Below are positions 8,032-15,689 of a stretch of 24,000 nt of DNA, piece by piece. Location: the NCBI RefSeq assembly GCF_001668615.1, contig NZ_LZMC01000102.1:99815-123814 (forward strand). Direction: 5' to 3'. The position numbers were made by a program, and so were the translations under genes. Numbering within the stretch: position 1 is the first letter of the stretch; every line of letters begins with the position of its first letter. Origin of the DNA: Mycobacterium sp. 1274761.0. GTDB lineage: Bacteria > Actinomycetota > Actinomycetes > Mycobacteriales > Mycobacteriaceae. The notes beneath the pieces are model-generated. The model was not told where the DNA came from, did no database searches, and saw only the letters and a list, made by a program, of their open reading frames with translations.

Positions 8032-8325
8032 TCAACAGCGCGCCACCGCGGGCGCGGCGAGCAGCCGGCCCCATTCCCGGCGCGCGGCCGACTGCGCGGC
8101 GTCGACGGCCTCTGGTGATGAGGTGCCGCCGCAGGTCAGATTCACCAACCCCCACGCCATGTCGCAGATGGAAACCCGGTGACGTTGCGCCGCGCAGAGC
8201 AGCTCGTCGAACGCTGCGTCCGAACGGCACCGTCGAAGCCCGATCAAGATTCCAAGGGCCGTGTCGAGCATCCGCCCGCCTTGCGGATCCGGCGAAATTT
8301 GGGAGGGCACCCACTGGGCTGCCAT
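8032..8325 (-). CDS. small ANTAR-like domain protein (divergent, no sensor domain)
   Basis: LDTALGILIGLRRCRSDAAFDELLCAAQRHRVSICDMAWGLV resembles the ANTAR helix pattern (xxQAxGILmxxxxxxxxxAFxxLxxxSQxxnxkLxdvAxxlv). ATG 8325 is preceded by AGGAAAG; an alternative ATG lies at 8358. The stop is 14 nt before the L,D-transpeptidase start. Confidence 0.6.
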   Translation of the reverse strand: MAAQWVPSQISPDPQGGRMLDTALGILIGLRRCRSDAAFDELLCAAQRHRVSICDMAWGLVNLTCGGTSSPEAVDAAQSAARREWGRLLAAPAVARC

Positions 8326-8498
8326 ATCTTTCCTATCGCTTTGATTGTGCGCGCCCATGCGTGAGACCGACGTGCCGGGACAGTGCTCAACCCATTTTGG
8401 GTCAGCTCACCGTCGCAGCCAGACGGTTGAACGCATCGATACCCAGCCGTGATCGGTCTGCGACAGCACCGTGGCTATGTCACCTTGTTCGAAGGCGA

Positions 8499-10112
8499 TC
8501 ACCCGATCGCTGCTGGGGCGCTTTGGCTTTCACGGACGGGCGCCTTCGGCAGGAAGGCCGCGGGGAGGTAAGCCAACGCGATCAGTACCGTCGAGATGAC
8601 GAAAACCAGGGTGTAGGCATGGGAAAGGTCGTGTGCTACACGCTCTGCGAAGCCGGGCGAAAGCACCTCCGGCGGTAGGGCGGCGGGGTTCACCGGCGTC
8701 CCATTCGTGCGGGCCGATTCTTCAAGCGCCGCAGCCTTGCCGGCGGCCGCCAGCGCGTCACTCCGGGAGATCTGACTCGTCAAGATCACCGACATCACCG
8801 CCGTGCCGATGGAGCCGGCGACTCGCTGGTTGACGTTCATCAGCGTCGAGCCGCGGGCGACCTGCTCGGGTCGCAGGGTCTGCACGGCCGCGCCGGAGAG
8901 CGGCATCATCGTGCAGCCCATCCCCAAACCGAATACCACAAGTCCCGTCACCAGCACCGGGAAGTAGGCGTCCTGCTGCCAGCTGCCGTAAGCGAATGTG
9001 CCCATCCCGGCGCACATCAGCGTGATCCCGACGAGGACGATTTTTCCCGGGCCCTGCCGATCCATCATGCGACCGGCGATCGGCATGGTGATCATTGCCC
9101 CGAGCCCCTGAGGGACGATATGAACAGCGGACTGGAACGGCGTCTGATGAAAGACCTGCTGAAAATAGCTCGGCAACAACAGGATTGCGCCGAAGAAGGC
9201 GGCGGCGAAAACCAGCATGGCGGCGTTTGCAATCGCCATCACCCGGTCTTTGAACAACCGCAGGTCGATCAGCGGATGGGCGGCCCGCCGCAGCGCATGC
9301 GCGACGAAACCCGCGACGAGAACCACGCCGATCGTCGCGGGTATCCATACGTGCCGGTCGGTCACGTGGGGGTGTTCAGGCAGCGACGAGACCCCGTACA
9401 GGAAGCTCGCCAGGCCCGGTGACAGCAGCAGCATGCCGATGAAGTCGAAGGACTCCGACGGCGACGGACGGTCTTTGGCGAAGATGACGGCCGCTAATAG
9501 GGCTGAGACGATTCCGATCGGCACGTTGATCAGGAAGATCCATTGCCATCCGTGCGAGTCGATGAGCCAGCCGCCCAGGATCGGGCCGCCGACCGGCCCC
9601 AGCAGCATCGGAATCCCCAACACCGCCATCAATCGCCCGAGGCGTCGGGGGCCGGCCTCACGGGTCAGAATCGTGAACGTCAACGGCATGAGCATGCCGC
9701 CGCCCAGCCCTTGGATGACGCGATACGCGATCAGCTGCGTGACGTCGCCGGCCATCGCGCACAGCAGGGAGCCTGCGGTGAACAACACGATGGAGCCGAT
9801 GAAAAGCCTTTTGGTTCCGAAGCGATCCGCCGCCCAGCCCGTCAGCGGAATGACGGCAGCCAGCGCGAGCGTGTAACCGGTCGCCGTCCACGCCACGACC
9901 GCTTGAGATGAGTGGAACTCGCTGATGAACGTGCGCTGCGCGACGTTGACGACGGTGGTATCGAGGATCGTCATGATGGCGGCCAGCACGCAGACGCTGG
10001 TGATCTTCAGAAGCCCAGCGTCGAGACGATCCGGATACTCGTCGCCGCCCCGAGGCGCATCCGGCCCGGCGCCGGGGCCGCGCGGCACTGGGTTGTCGAC
10101 GCGATGCACCAC
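8499..10112 (-). CDS. DHA2-family MFS efflux transporter (14-TMS, EmrB/QacA type)
   Basis: 537 aa. Hallmarks: LDTTVVNVA, GWAADRFGTKRLF, VIQGLGGGMLMP, GPILGGWL...WQWIFLINVPIG. GTG start at 10112 has an AGGAGG 7 nt upstream. Confidence 0.9.
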   Translation of the reverse strand: MVHRVDNPVPRGPGAGPDAPRGGDEYPDRLDAGLLKITSVCVLAAIMTILDTTVVNVAQRTFISEFHSSQAVVAWTATGYTLALAAVIPLTGWAADRFGTKRLFIGSIVLFTAGSLLCAMAGDVTQLIAYRVIQGLGGGMLMPLTFTILTREAGPRRLGRLMAVLGIPMLLGPVGGPILGGWLIDSHGWQWIFLINVPIGIVSALLAAVIFAKDRPSPSESFDFIGMLLLSPGLASFLYGVSSLPEHPHVTDRHVWIPATIGVVLVAGFVAHALRRAAHPLIDLRLFKDRVMAIANAAMLVFAAAFFGAILLLPSYFQQVFHQTPFQSAVHIVPQGLGAMITMPIAGRMMDRQGPGKIVLVGITLMCAGMGTFAYGSWQQDAYFPVLVTGLVVFGLGMGCTMMPLSGAAVQTLRPEQVARGSTLMNVNQRVAGSIGTAVMSVILTSQISRSDALAAAGKAAALEESARTNGTPVNPAALPPEVLSPGFAERVAHDLSHAYTLVFVISTVLIALAYLPAAFLPKAPVRESQSAPAAIG

Positions 10113-10180
10113 GAGCGTCCTCCTGAAGAACAGCTAGACCCGCTAAAGATTCCCGGCTCAGGAGGCGTTCAAACAGGCCG

Positions 10181-10507
10181 TCAGGGGACGTCGGCTTCTG
10201 CGGCCGCCGCGGGTTCGATCGTGGTCAGTTCAGCCAGGCCGCTAATGGTGAAGATGGACATCAAATGCGGATGGGCGATGATGCGAATGTGCTCGGCATG
10301 TAGATACAAGGCGTTCACGGCGGCGCTGTCCAGATAGCCGAGAGCACTGAGGTCGACGGTGAGCGTCTTGCCTGCGGCCTGGTCGATGGCATCCTGTAGC
10401 GCGTCGCGGAATGGGTCGATATTGCTCAAATCCACTTCGCCGACTGCGGTCAGCACGATTTCGCCGTCGTTGCGGCGCACAGTGCCTAGTTCGAGCGGCG
10501 TAGACAT
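10181..10507 (-). CDS. STAS-domain anti-sigma-factor antagonist (RsbV/SpoIIAA-like)
   Basis: 108 aa. GEVDLSNIDPFRDAL...LTVDLSALGYLDSAAVNALY carries the conserved DS(phospho-Ser)-type motif. The ATG shares one base with the upstream stop (TGATG at 10505-10509). Confidence 0.85.
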   Translation of the reverse strand: MSTPLELGTVRRNDGEIVLTAVGEVDLSNIDPFRDALQDAIDQAAGKTLTVDLSALGYLDSAAVNALYLHAEHIRIIAHPHLMSIFTISGLAELTTIEPAAAAEADVP

Positions 10508-13023
10508 CAGGTGATCCTTGCGGCTAGGTGGACCGTGGTCCCGGTGGCCTCAGGAGTGACCGTGACGTCGTGCATGAGCCCTCGCATGAGCGGAAGTCCT
10601 CGGCCGCGGCGGACATCTTTTGGCCCGGGAGGCTTCCACGAGCCCGTATCGGCGATCTTCAGCTGTACTTGGTCGACCTGCACGGTCGCTTCCACAGTGA
10701 TCACGCCTTCCGGATTATCGCGGTGGCCGTGCTCGATGGCGTTCGCAACGGCTTCGCCAGCCGCTACGAGCAGGTTCATGGTCTGATCGGCGTCCACGTG
10801 AGCCCGGGTCAACCAGCTGCGCAGAGCGGCTCGGGTCGGTGCAAGGTTACGAACGTCGGCCGGGAATTTCAGCTCGAGCGGGGCCGGCTGCCGGTACAGC
10901 AGCAGGACAACGTCGTCCTGATAGCCGCCGCTCGGCGCAAGATCGGACATCATCTGATCGGCCAAGTCGTCCAGCGCCAAGGCGCGGCCGTCCCGAACGT
11001 GCCCGACAACGCGAGAGATGCCCTGCTCGAGGGCGCTCTGCCGGCGTTCGACCAAACCGTCGGTATAGAGCACCAGAGTCCCACGCGGCGGGATGGTGAC
11101 TCGCGCTTCGGGACGCGGCCAGTTCGGTCGTATTCCCAAGGCGATGGTGTGGCCGCCGTCGAGCATCTCGGTGGCACCGTCGGAATGAACGAGGACGGGC
11201 GGTGGATGGCCGGCGCTGGAATACACGACTTCCCCGGTGTCCGGATCGAGAATTGCGCAGACGGCGGTAGTGCATTGGGCGCCGGGCAGACGCGCGGCAA
11301 AACGGTCCATACTTGCCAGAGCTGCTGCTGGGCTGGGGTTGTCGAACAGTAGCGCGCGACAGGCACTACGCACCTGTCCCATCACGGTGGCGGCGGCAAG
11401 ATCGTGGCCGACGCAATCGCCGACCACAAGTGCGACGCGCCCGTCGTCGAGATCGACGACGTCATACCAGTCACCACCGACCTGAAGCGGCCGCGTCGCG
11501 GCCTGATATCGCACCGCGTAACCGCGGGGAAGTTGAGCCGGACCGAGGATCGCGTGTTGAAGCGCGAGGGCGGCTTCGCGTTGCTGATCCACCTGATACA
11601 CGCGTTGCAGGCCCTGACCGAGGCGTCCTGCCAGCACCGTCAGCAGGGTCTGATCTTCGAGCGTGAACGGACGCTGCTCGGCGAGATCGATCCATACGAC
11701 GAGCACACCCTCCGGATGCTGCAGCGCGATGCCCGCGGTGCCCGGCTCCGCTACGGTCGGGGTCAGCAGGTCGCCGTCGCGCAGTGAACTGAGCGCCTCG
11801 CGTGTCCGGGATGACAAATCAGACCACTGCGCGAGCTCGCCAACTGACACGAGTTGCGGTGTGTCATAAGCGGTTTCGCCGGAAGTACTGCTGCGGCTCG
11901 GGTATGTCACCGCCAGAACACGCCGTGCCCGCCATTGCCGGCGCAGCTCTTCTGCTGCGGCGTGCAGTGCGGCATCGACGGTATCTGCTTGGGCGAGTTC
12001 TTGATTGAGCGCGTGTTCGCGGCCCGCCGCCAGCGCCAAGGCAATAGCGGCGTGTCGGGCGAAGTCGCTGACGAGGTCGAGGTAGTCGTTGCCGAAGGCT
12101 GGTTGTTGCGGGCCGCGCGCGACGGCGATCACGCCGAGCACCTCGTCGTGCGCGATCAATGGCATGACAATGGCCGACCGTTCACCGACATCGGTGAACC
12201 CCTCGATCGGATACTGGAAAGAGTCGGTGATTAGCGGTATCCCGCGGCGGGCGACACCACCCGTGGTGGAGCCGTCTATCGGAACCTGTCGCCCGATGAC
12301 TTCGGAGGCATACCTGCCCGCTGTAGCGGCGACAACAAGCGTGTCGACCGGGTTGCCGGCCAGCTCGGATTCTTTCGGAACCAGCAGAATCGCCTGCTCC
12401 GCACCGGCCAATTCCAGCGTCAAATTCACGATGAGTTGCAGCGGGCCGATCTTGGGGTCGCCGGACAATAGCGCCGTCGTGATCTCGCGACTGGCCTTCG
12501 TCCATCGCGCCGACTCGCGCTCACGCTCGAAGAGTCGCGCGTTGTCGATTGCGGCGGCTGCCGCGGTGGCCAATGCTCGCACGGCGCCTTCGTGGGAATC
12601 GGTGAACACCCGCTCTGGCCGGTCGTCGGTCAGGTAAAGATCGCCGAAATTCGCTCCCCGGACGATGATCGGAATGCCGAGAACCGCCCGCAGGGACAGA
12701 CCCTCAGCCTTCAGCCTGGACGCCTGCGGATCGGTGCGCAGATCACCTATCCGGAAGCCATCGTCTACCGGGAGTTCGGCCAGCAGCCTCGCGGTCTGGT
12801 CGTCGATACCCGAGTGCACGAACGAGGCGGGGTTGCCGTCGGACCCGCGGATGCACATCGCTGCGAACGGTGCTCCGGTGAGCTCCATCGCCGCATCGAC
12901 GATTCGGTGCAACGTGATATCGAGGTCCAGATCGGAACCGATTTCGACGATCACCCGCAGAAGCTGTTCCATTCGATTGCGGGCCGCGGCGAGCGCGTCA
13001 AACTGCTCAGACATTCGGCTCAC
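10507..13023 (-). CDS. multidomain regulator: tandem GAF domains + PP2C/SpoIIE phosphatase + C-terminal RsbW-like HATPase (anti-sigma kinase) domain
   Basis: 838 aa. Two clear N-terminal GAF-like blocks plus a third degenerate one. PP2C motifs VGGDWYDV, VVGDCVGHDLAAA, LYTDGLVE. C-terminal GHKL N-box and G-boxes AGEAVANAIEHG, IADTGSW, GRGLPLM. Start is GTG 13023 or ATG 13014. Confidence 0.9.
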   Translation of the reverse strand: MSRMSEQFDALAAARNRMEQLLRVIVEIGSDLDLDITLHRIVDAAMELTGAPFAAMCIRGSDGNPASFVHSGIDDQTARLLAELPVDDGFRIGDLRTDPQASRLKAEGLSLRAVLGIPIIVRGANFGDLYLTDDRPERVFTDSHEGAVRALATAAAAAIDNARLFERERESARWTKASREITTALLSGDPKIGPLQLIVNLTLELAGAEQAILLVPKESELAGNPVDTLVVAATAGRYASEVIGRQVPIDGSTTGGVARRGIPLITDSFQYPIEGFTDVGERSAIVMPLIAHDEVLGVIAVARGPQQPAFGNDYLDLVSDFARHAAIALALAAGREHALNQELAQADTVDAALHAAAEELRRQWRARRVLAVTYPSRSSTSGETAYDTPQLVSVGELAQWSDLSSRTREALSSLRDGDLLTPTVAEPGTAGIALQHPEGVLVVWIDLAEQRPFTLEDQTLLTVLAGRLGQGLQRVYQVDQQREAALALQHAILGPAQLPRGYAVRYQAATRPLQVGGDWYDVVDLDDGRVALVVGDCVGHDLAAATVMGQVRSACRALLFDNPSPAAALASMDRFAARLPGAQCTTAVCAILDPDTGEVVYSSAGHPPPVLVHSDGATEMLDGGHTIALGIRPNWPRPEARVTIPPRGTLVLYTDGLVERRQSALEQGISRVVGHVRDGRALALDDLADQMMSDLAPSGGYQDDVVLLLYRQPAPLELKFPADVRNLAPTRAALRSWLTRAHVDADQTMNLLVAAGEAVANAIEHGHRDNPEGVITVEATVQVDQVQLKIADTGSWKPPGPKDVRRGRGLPLMRGLMHDVTVTPEATGTTVHLAARIT

Positions 13024-13316
13024 CAGTGCAGAATAAGACCGCCGCTTGGGTGCCGGCGTTCCGGCCCTTGCTCATAGATGAGACCTATTCCTCGTCCGGC
13101 GGATACGGTGTGGCGCCGGAAACGTGCGCCAAGGCTGACTAGCCATGAGCAGCAACGTTCAAACGTCTTGAGGGCCGCAAAGGCTCTTTGGATCGGCAGC
13201 GACGCCGGCCGGTGTCCACTGGGAGGGGCGCCCCCTCTGGTTCAGCAGGCCGGAGCAAAGGAAGTAGGCCAACGTCGCCCGCGCCGAAAGGATTGCAGGG
13301 CCGCTCACCCGCCGAG

Positions 13317-13325
13317 TGGTATATA
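13317..13325 (+). promoter_or_regulatory. candidate extended -10 element (TGgTATATA) positioned for a leaderless SDR transcript
   Basis: TG at 13317-13318 and TATATA at 13320-13325. The SDR ATG (13333) starts 7 nt after the hexamer and has no Shine-Dalgarno. This is the geometry expected for mycobacterial leaderless mRNAs. Confidence 0.25.
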
Positions 13326-13332
13326 CGCAGGC

Positions 13333-14073
13333 ATGTCATCGCTAGCGGGCAAAGTCGCGTTGGTGACCGGGGCCTCGTCGGGGCTCGGCGCCGAAACCGT
13401 GCGGCTGTTCTCCCGGGACGGAGCAACGGTTTTCGGTATCGCCAGAGACACCGATCGGCTGGCGCAAGTCTTCGCCGACGTCGAATCGGGCGCCTACACC
13501 GCAGGCGACATCGGGTCAGCGGCGGTGTGCCGTGACGCGGTCGAGCGCTGTGTCGCCGAATTCGGAAGACTCGACGTGCTGGTCAACATCGCCGGCAGCC
13601 ATCGGATGCGCCGCACCGAATCCATGACGGACGACGACTGGGCCGACGACCTCGCGGTGAACCTCAACGGGCCCTTCTTCTTGTGCCGCGCAGCACTTCC
13701 CCACCTGCTCGCAGCCGGCGGCAACATCGTCAACGTGGGCTCGATCGCCGGCGTCGAAGGCCAGGCGTATTCGACCGGCTACTGCGCCGCCAAGCACGGC
13801 CTGATCGGGCTCACCCGAGCGCTGGCTGTGGAGTACACCGCTGCGCGTTTGCGCGTAAACGCGGTGTGCCCGGGCGGAATGATGACACCGCAGATCGAGA
13901 ACTTCTCAGTCCCCGACGAAGCCGACTTCGACCTGATTCTGCGCACGGCCTCGCCGCGCGGCATGATGGCACCCCTCGACGTCGCAAACGTCATCGCATT
14001 TCTCGCCAGCGACGCTGCCGCCGCCGTCCACGGCGCGGTCTATCGCGTCGACAACGGCAAAGGTGCCGGCTGA
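13333..14073 (+). CDS. SDR family oxidoreductase (FabG-like short-chain dehydrogenase)
   Basis: 246 aa from ATG 13333. Contains TGxxxGxG (VTGASSGLG), NIAG, catalytic S...YxxxK (GSIAG...YCAAKHG) and PGGMMTP. The 85 upstream codons of the ORF-track ORF look non-coding. Confidence 0.9.
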   Translation: MSSLAGKVALVTGASSGLGAETVRLFSRDGATVFGIARDTDRLAQVFADVESGAYTAGDIGSAAVCRDAVERCVAEFGRLDVLVNIAGSHRMRRTESMTDDDWADDLAVNLNGPFFLCRAALPHLLAAGGNIVNVGSIAGVEGQAYSTGYCAAKHGLIGLTRALAVEYTAARLRVNAVCPGGMMTPQIENFSVPDEADFDLILRTASPRGMMAPLDVANVIAFLASDAAAAVHGAVYRVDNGKGAG

Positions 14074-14079
14074 GTCGCC

Positions 14080-14157
14080 TTTTCAGATAGGCCAACGAAT
14101 CCTCGAGGTGCACCCGCAGCACGGCAGATGCGGCACGCGGTGTATTGGCAAGCCCCT
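14080..14157 (-). pseudogene. relic of the 3' end of a second WS/DGAT-type gene (about 26 codons, frameshifted)
   Basis: 14090-14114 matches 1232-1256 at 23/25 nt (GGCCAACGA[A/G]TCCTCGAGGTG[C/G]ACC). 14124-14138 matches 1267-1281 at 14/15 nt, with a 1-nt difference in spacer length. The minus strand translates as RVPHL / VLRVHLEDSLAYL, against SVPHLQRLLVHLEDSLADL in the intact gene at 1190-2563. Confidence 0.5.
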
Positions 14158-14159
14158 GC

Positions 14160-15023
14160 TCAGGGCAGGCCGGTCACCACCGAGGGGTTCCACCCAGGGG
14201 CCTGTGCCCCAGATGTCGATGCCGACGCGTCATAGCCGGGCGGCATGTGATCGGAGCCCTGCGGCGGCGACGCGTAAAGCGGCGTTTGCGAGCCATAACC
14301 TGGCGGCCCGAAGCCCGGAACTTGGTCTGTCCCAGTCAACAATCTGGACGCCACGAAAGCCGCTGCCTGCGTGGTGTATTCGGGCACGTAGCCCTGAGTG
14401 TGCCCGCTCCATGCGTTGCCGGGGCCCGCGTGACAGATCGGATCTGCAGGGTTGCAGAGGTCAATCGCCTTACCGGCATACAGGGCAGTCGCCGAAGGAA
14501 GCTTGGTACCTGCGCGGTTGGCGACGTTGCCGAAGGTGGCAATCGCCGCGATATTGCCCGCCAGGGAGGACGGGAGAGATTCACCCCACGCGATGCCGAC
14601 GATGGGATTACCCGCGACGATGTTGACGACATTCGCGCCCTGCGAATATCCGCCGAGCACGATCTTGGTCTCGGGGCACGACGCCACCGTCGATTTGATG
14701 TGCGAAATCGCGTCCTTGGCGCCGGCACCGCTGCTCAGTTGCAACTTGCCCGCGTCGTAGTTCACCGCATACGTCGCGAAGTCCATCCCGAAAGCCTGCT
14801 CGCGCAGCGAGTCGGCGAAAGCAGCGCCAACTAGGCCCATGCCTTTGGGTTCGTCCGTACCTCTGGCGAACACGACTTCCGCGTCGGCGCAGTCTGCGGC
14901 TGATGCGACCGGCACGGCGTTCGGAACACACTGCAGAACGGCGACTGCGACCAGTGCAACAGCGCCACGCTGGACCGACCGCGCATTCGCCGCCCACGAG
15001 CTAGGTCCGCAGTGGGAGATCAC
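14160..15023 (-). CDS. secreted cutinase family protein (Culp-like) with Pro/Gly/Tyr-rich C-terminal tail
   Basis: Signal peptide ...[37 protein letters not shown], nucleophile motif GGYSQGA, and C-terminal [13 protein letters not shown]...H, typical of cutinases. GTG 15023 is the only in-frame start upstream of the signal peptide. Confidence 0.9.
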   Translation of the reverse strand: MISHCGPSSWAANARSVQRGAVALVAVAVLQCVPNAVPVASAADCADAEVVFARGTDEPKGMGLVGAAFADSLREQAFGMDFATYAVNYDAGKLQLSSGAGAKDAISHIKSTVASCPETKIVLGGYSQGANVVNIVAGNPIVGIAWGESLPSSLAGNIAAIATFGNVANRAGTKLPSATALYAGKAIDLCNPADPICHAGPGNAWSGHTQGYVPEYTTQAAAFVASRLLTGTDQVPGFGPPGYGSQTPLYASPPQGSDHMPPGYDASASTSGAQAPGWNPSVVTGLP

Positions 15024-15100
15024 CCCTGGAATTTACTTCGTAACCAGCAGAAAGGGAGCATCTGCTGCGTTCTCACAGCGAAATCGCATGCCTGTCCGTT

Positions 15101-15132
15101 GACAAAACAGCGGGCCATGGTGTCTGGCCCGC
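15101..15132 (-). terminator. intrinsic-terminator-like hairpin (read on the minus strand)
   Basis: GCGGGCCA (15110-15117) pairs with TGGCCCGC (15125-15132) across a 7-nt loop. On the minus strand the stem is followed by TGTTTTGTC. Which transcript it would stop is unclear. Confidence 0.3.
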
Positions 15133-15206
15133 TTCGTCTGACCTGGCGATACACGTTCACCGGGACTCACTGGGACTGACCGAATTGACCGGATTTACCT
15201 GTAACT

Positions 15207-15532
15207 GTGACCAAATGTGCACGCGAATGGGGCGTTGACCGCCAGTTCCATCGGCGTCCTCAGGTGCAGCAGCTGCTGAAAAAGGCGTCGACATCACAGC
15301 CGAGCAACCAAAACGCTGGACCGACGACATGCTTCAAGCCGCCGACGTTGTGGTCACAATGGGTTGCGGTGACACATGCGCGTTCATTCCGGGTCGCCGC
15401 TACGAGGATTGGACGCTGCCAGATCCCGCCGGCCAACCGGTTGACGCTGTGCGACCGATCGGCGACCAGATTGAGAACAGGGTGCGCACACTCTTGAATC
15501 AACTCGGCATCCGTGCACGGCCCTTGAAATGA
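15207..15532 (+). pseudogene. arsC: arsenate reductase (LMW-PTP/ArsC family) fragment: 5'-truncated and frameshifted
   Basis: 15281-15532 encodes GVDITAEQPKRWTDDMLQAADVVVTMGCGDTCAFIPGRRYEDWTLPDPAGQPVDAVRPIGDQIENRVRTLL, the C-terminal half of the family. The preceding ...HRRPQVQQLLKK is in another frame across an A5 run (15279-15283). No CX5R P-loop is found in any frame upstream. Confidence 0.6.
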
Positions 15533-15689
15533 CCGCGAATTGACCTGTTGCCAGCACCCGAAGGCTCAACGGCCAGTCTCGTGAAATATTGCGGATTGCG
15601 GTATCAGATCAACCACCCGCACATACAGACGAGAACTCGGCCCGTACTGCGCGACGGGAACCCTGTCAGGGAGGTGCGGCTGTGAGTGC

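Noticed and set aside
8439-8444. GGGTAT (minus strand) resembling the SigF -10 consensus, upstream of the ANTAR/ldt genes
   Set aside because: No GTTT-type -35 element lies 15-17 nt upstream. I also found no convincing SigF-type promoter (GTTT-N15-17-GGGTA) by eye upstream of the sigma gene or ponA2.
8326-8498. Two tandem hairpins in the ANTAR/ldt leader (ACCGTC...GACGGT, then ACCC...GGGT) considered as an ANTAR dual-hairpin target
   Set aside because: The loops are 7 and about 5 nt, and lack the conserved A1/G4 hexaloop pattern described for ANTAR substrates. There is not enough evidence without a covariance-model scan.
7818-8678. 286-aa plus-strand ORF; also 768-1379, 1103-1771, 9217-9876 and 10528-11352 plus-strand ORFs
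   Set aside because: All lie antisense to, or out of frame with, confidently assigned minus-strand genes, and have low-complexity R/A/P/S composition.
13078-13332. 85-codon N-terminal extension of the SDR ORF; likewise 4753-4875 for ponA2, 8018-8314 for the L,D-transpeptidase and 20626-20700 for coxM
   Set aside because: The extensions are R/P-rich and precede the conserved N-termini or signal peptides. In the Ldt case the extension overlaps a better-supported ORF in another frame.
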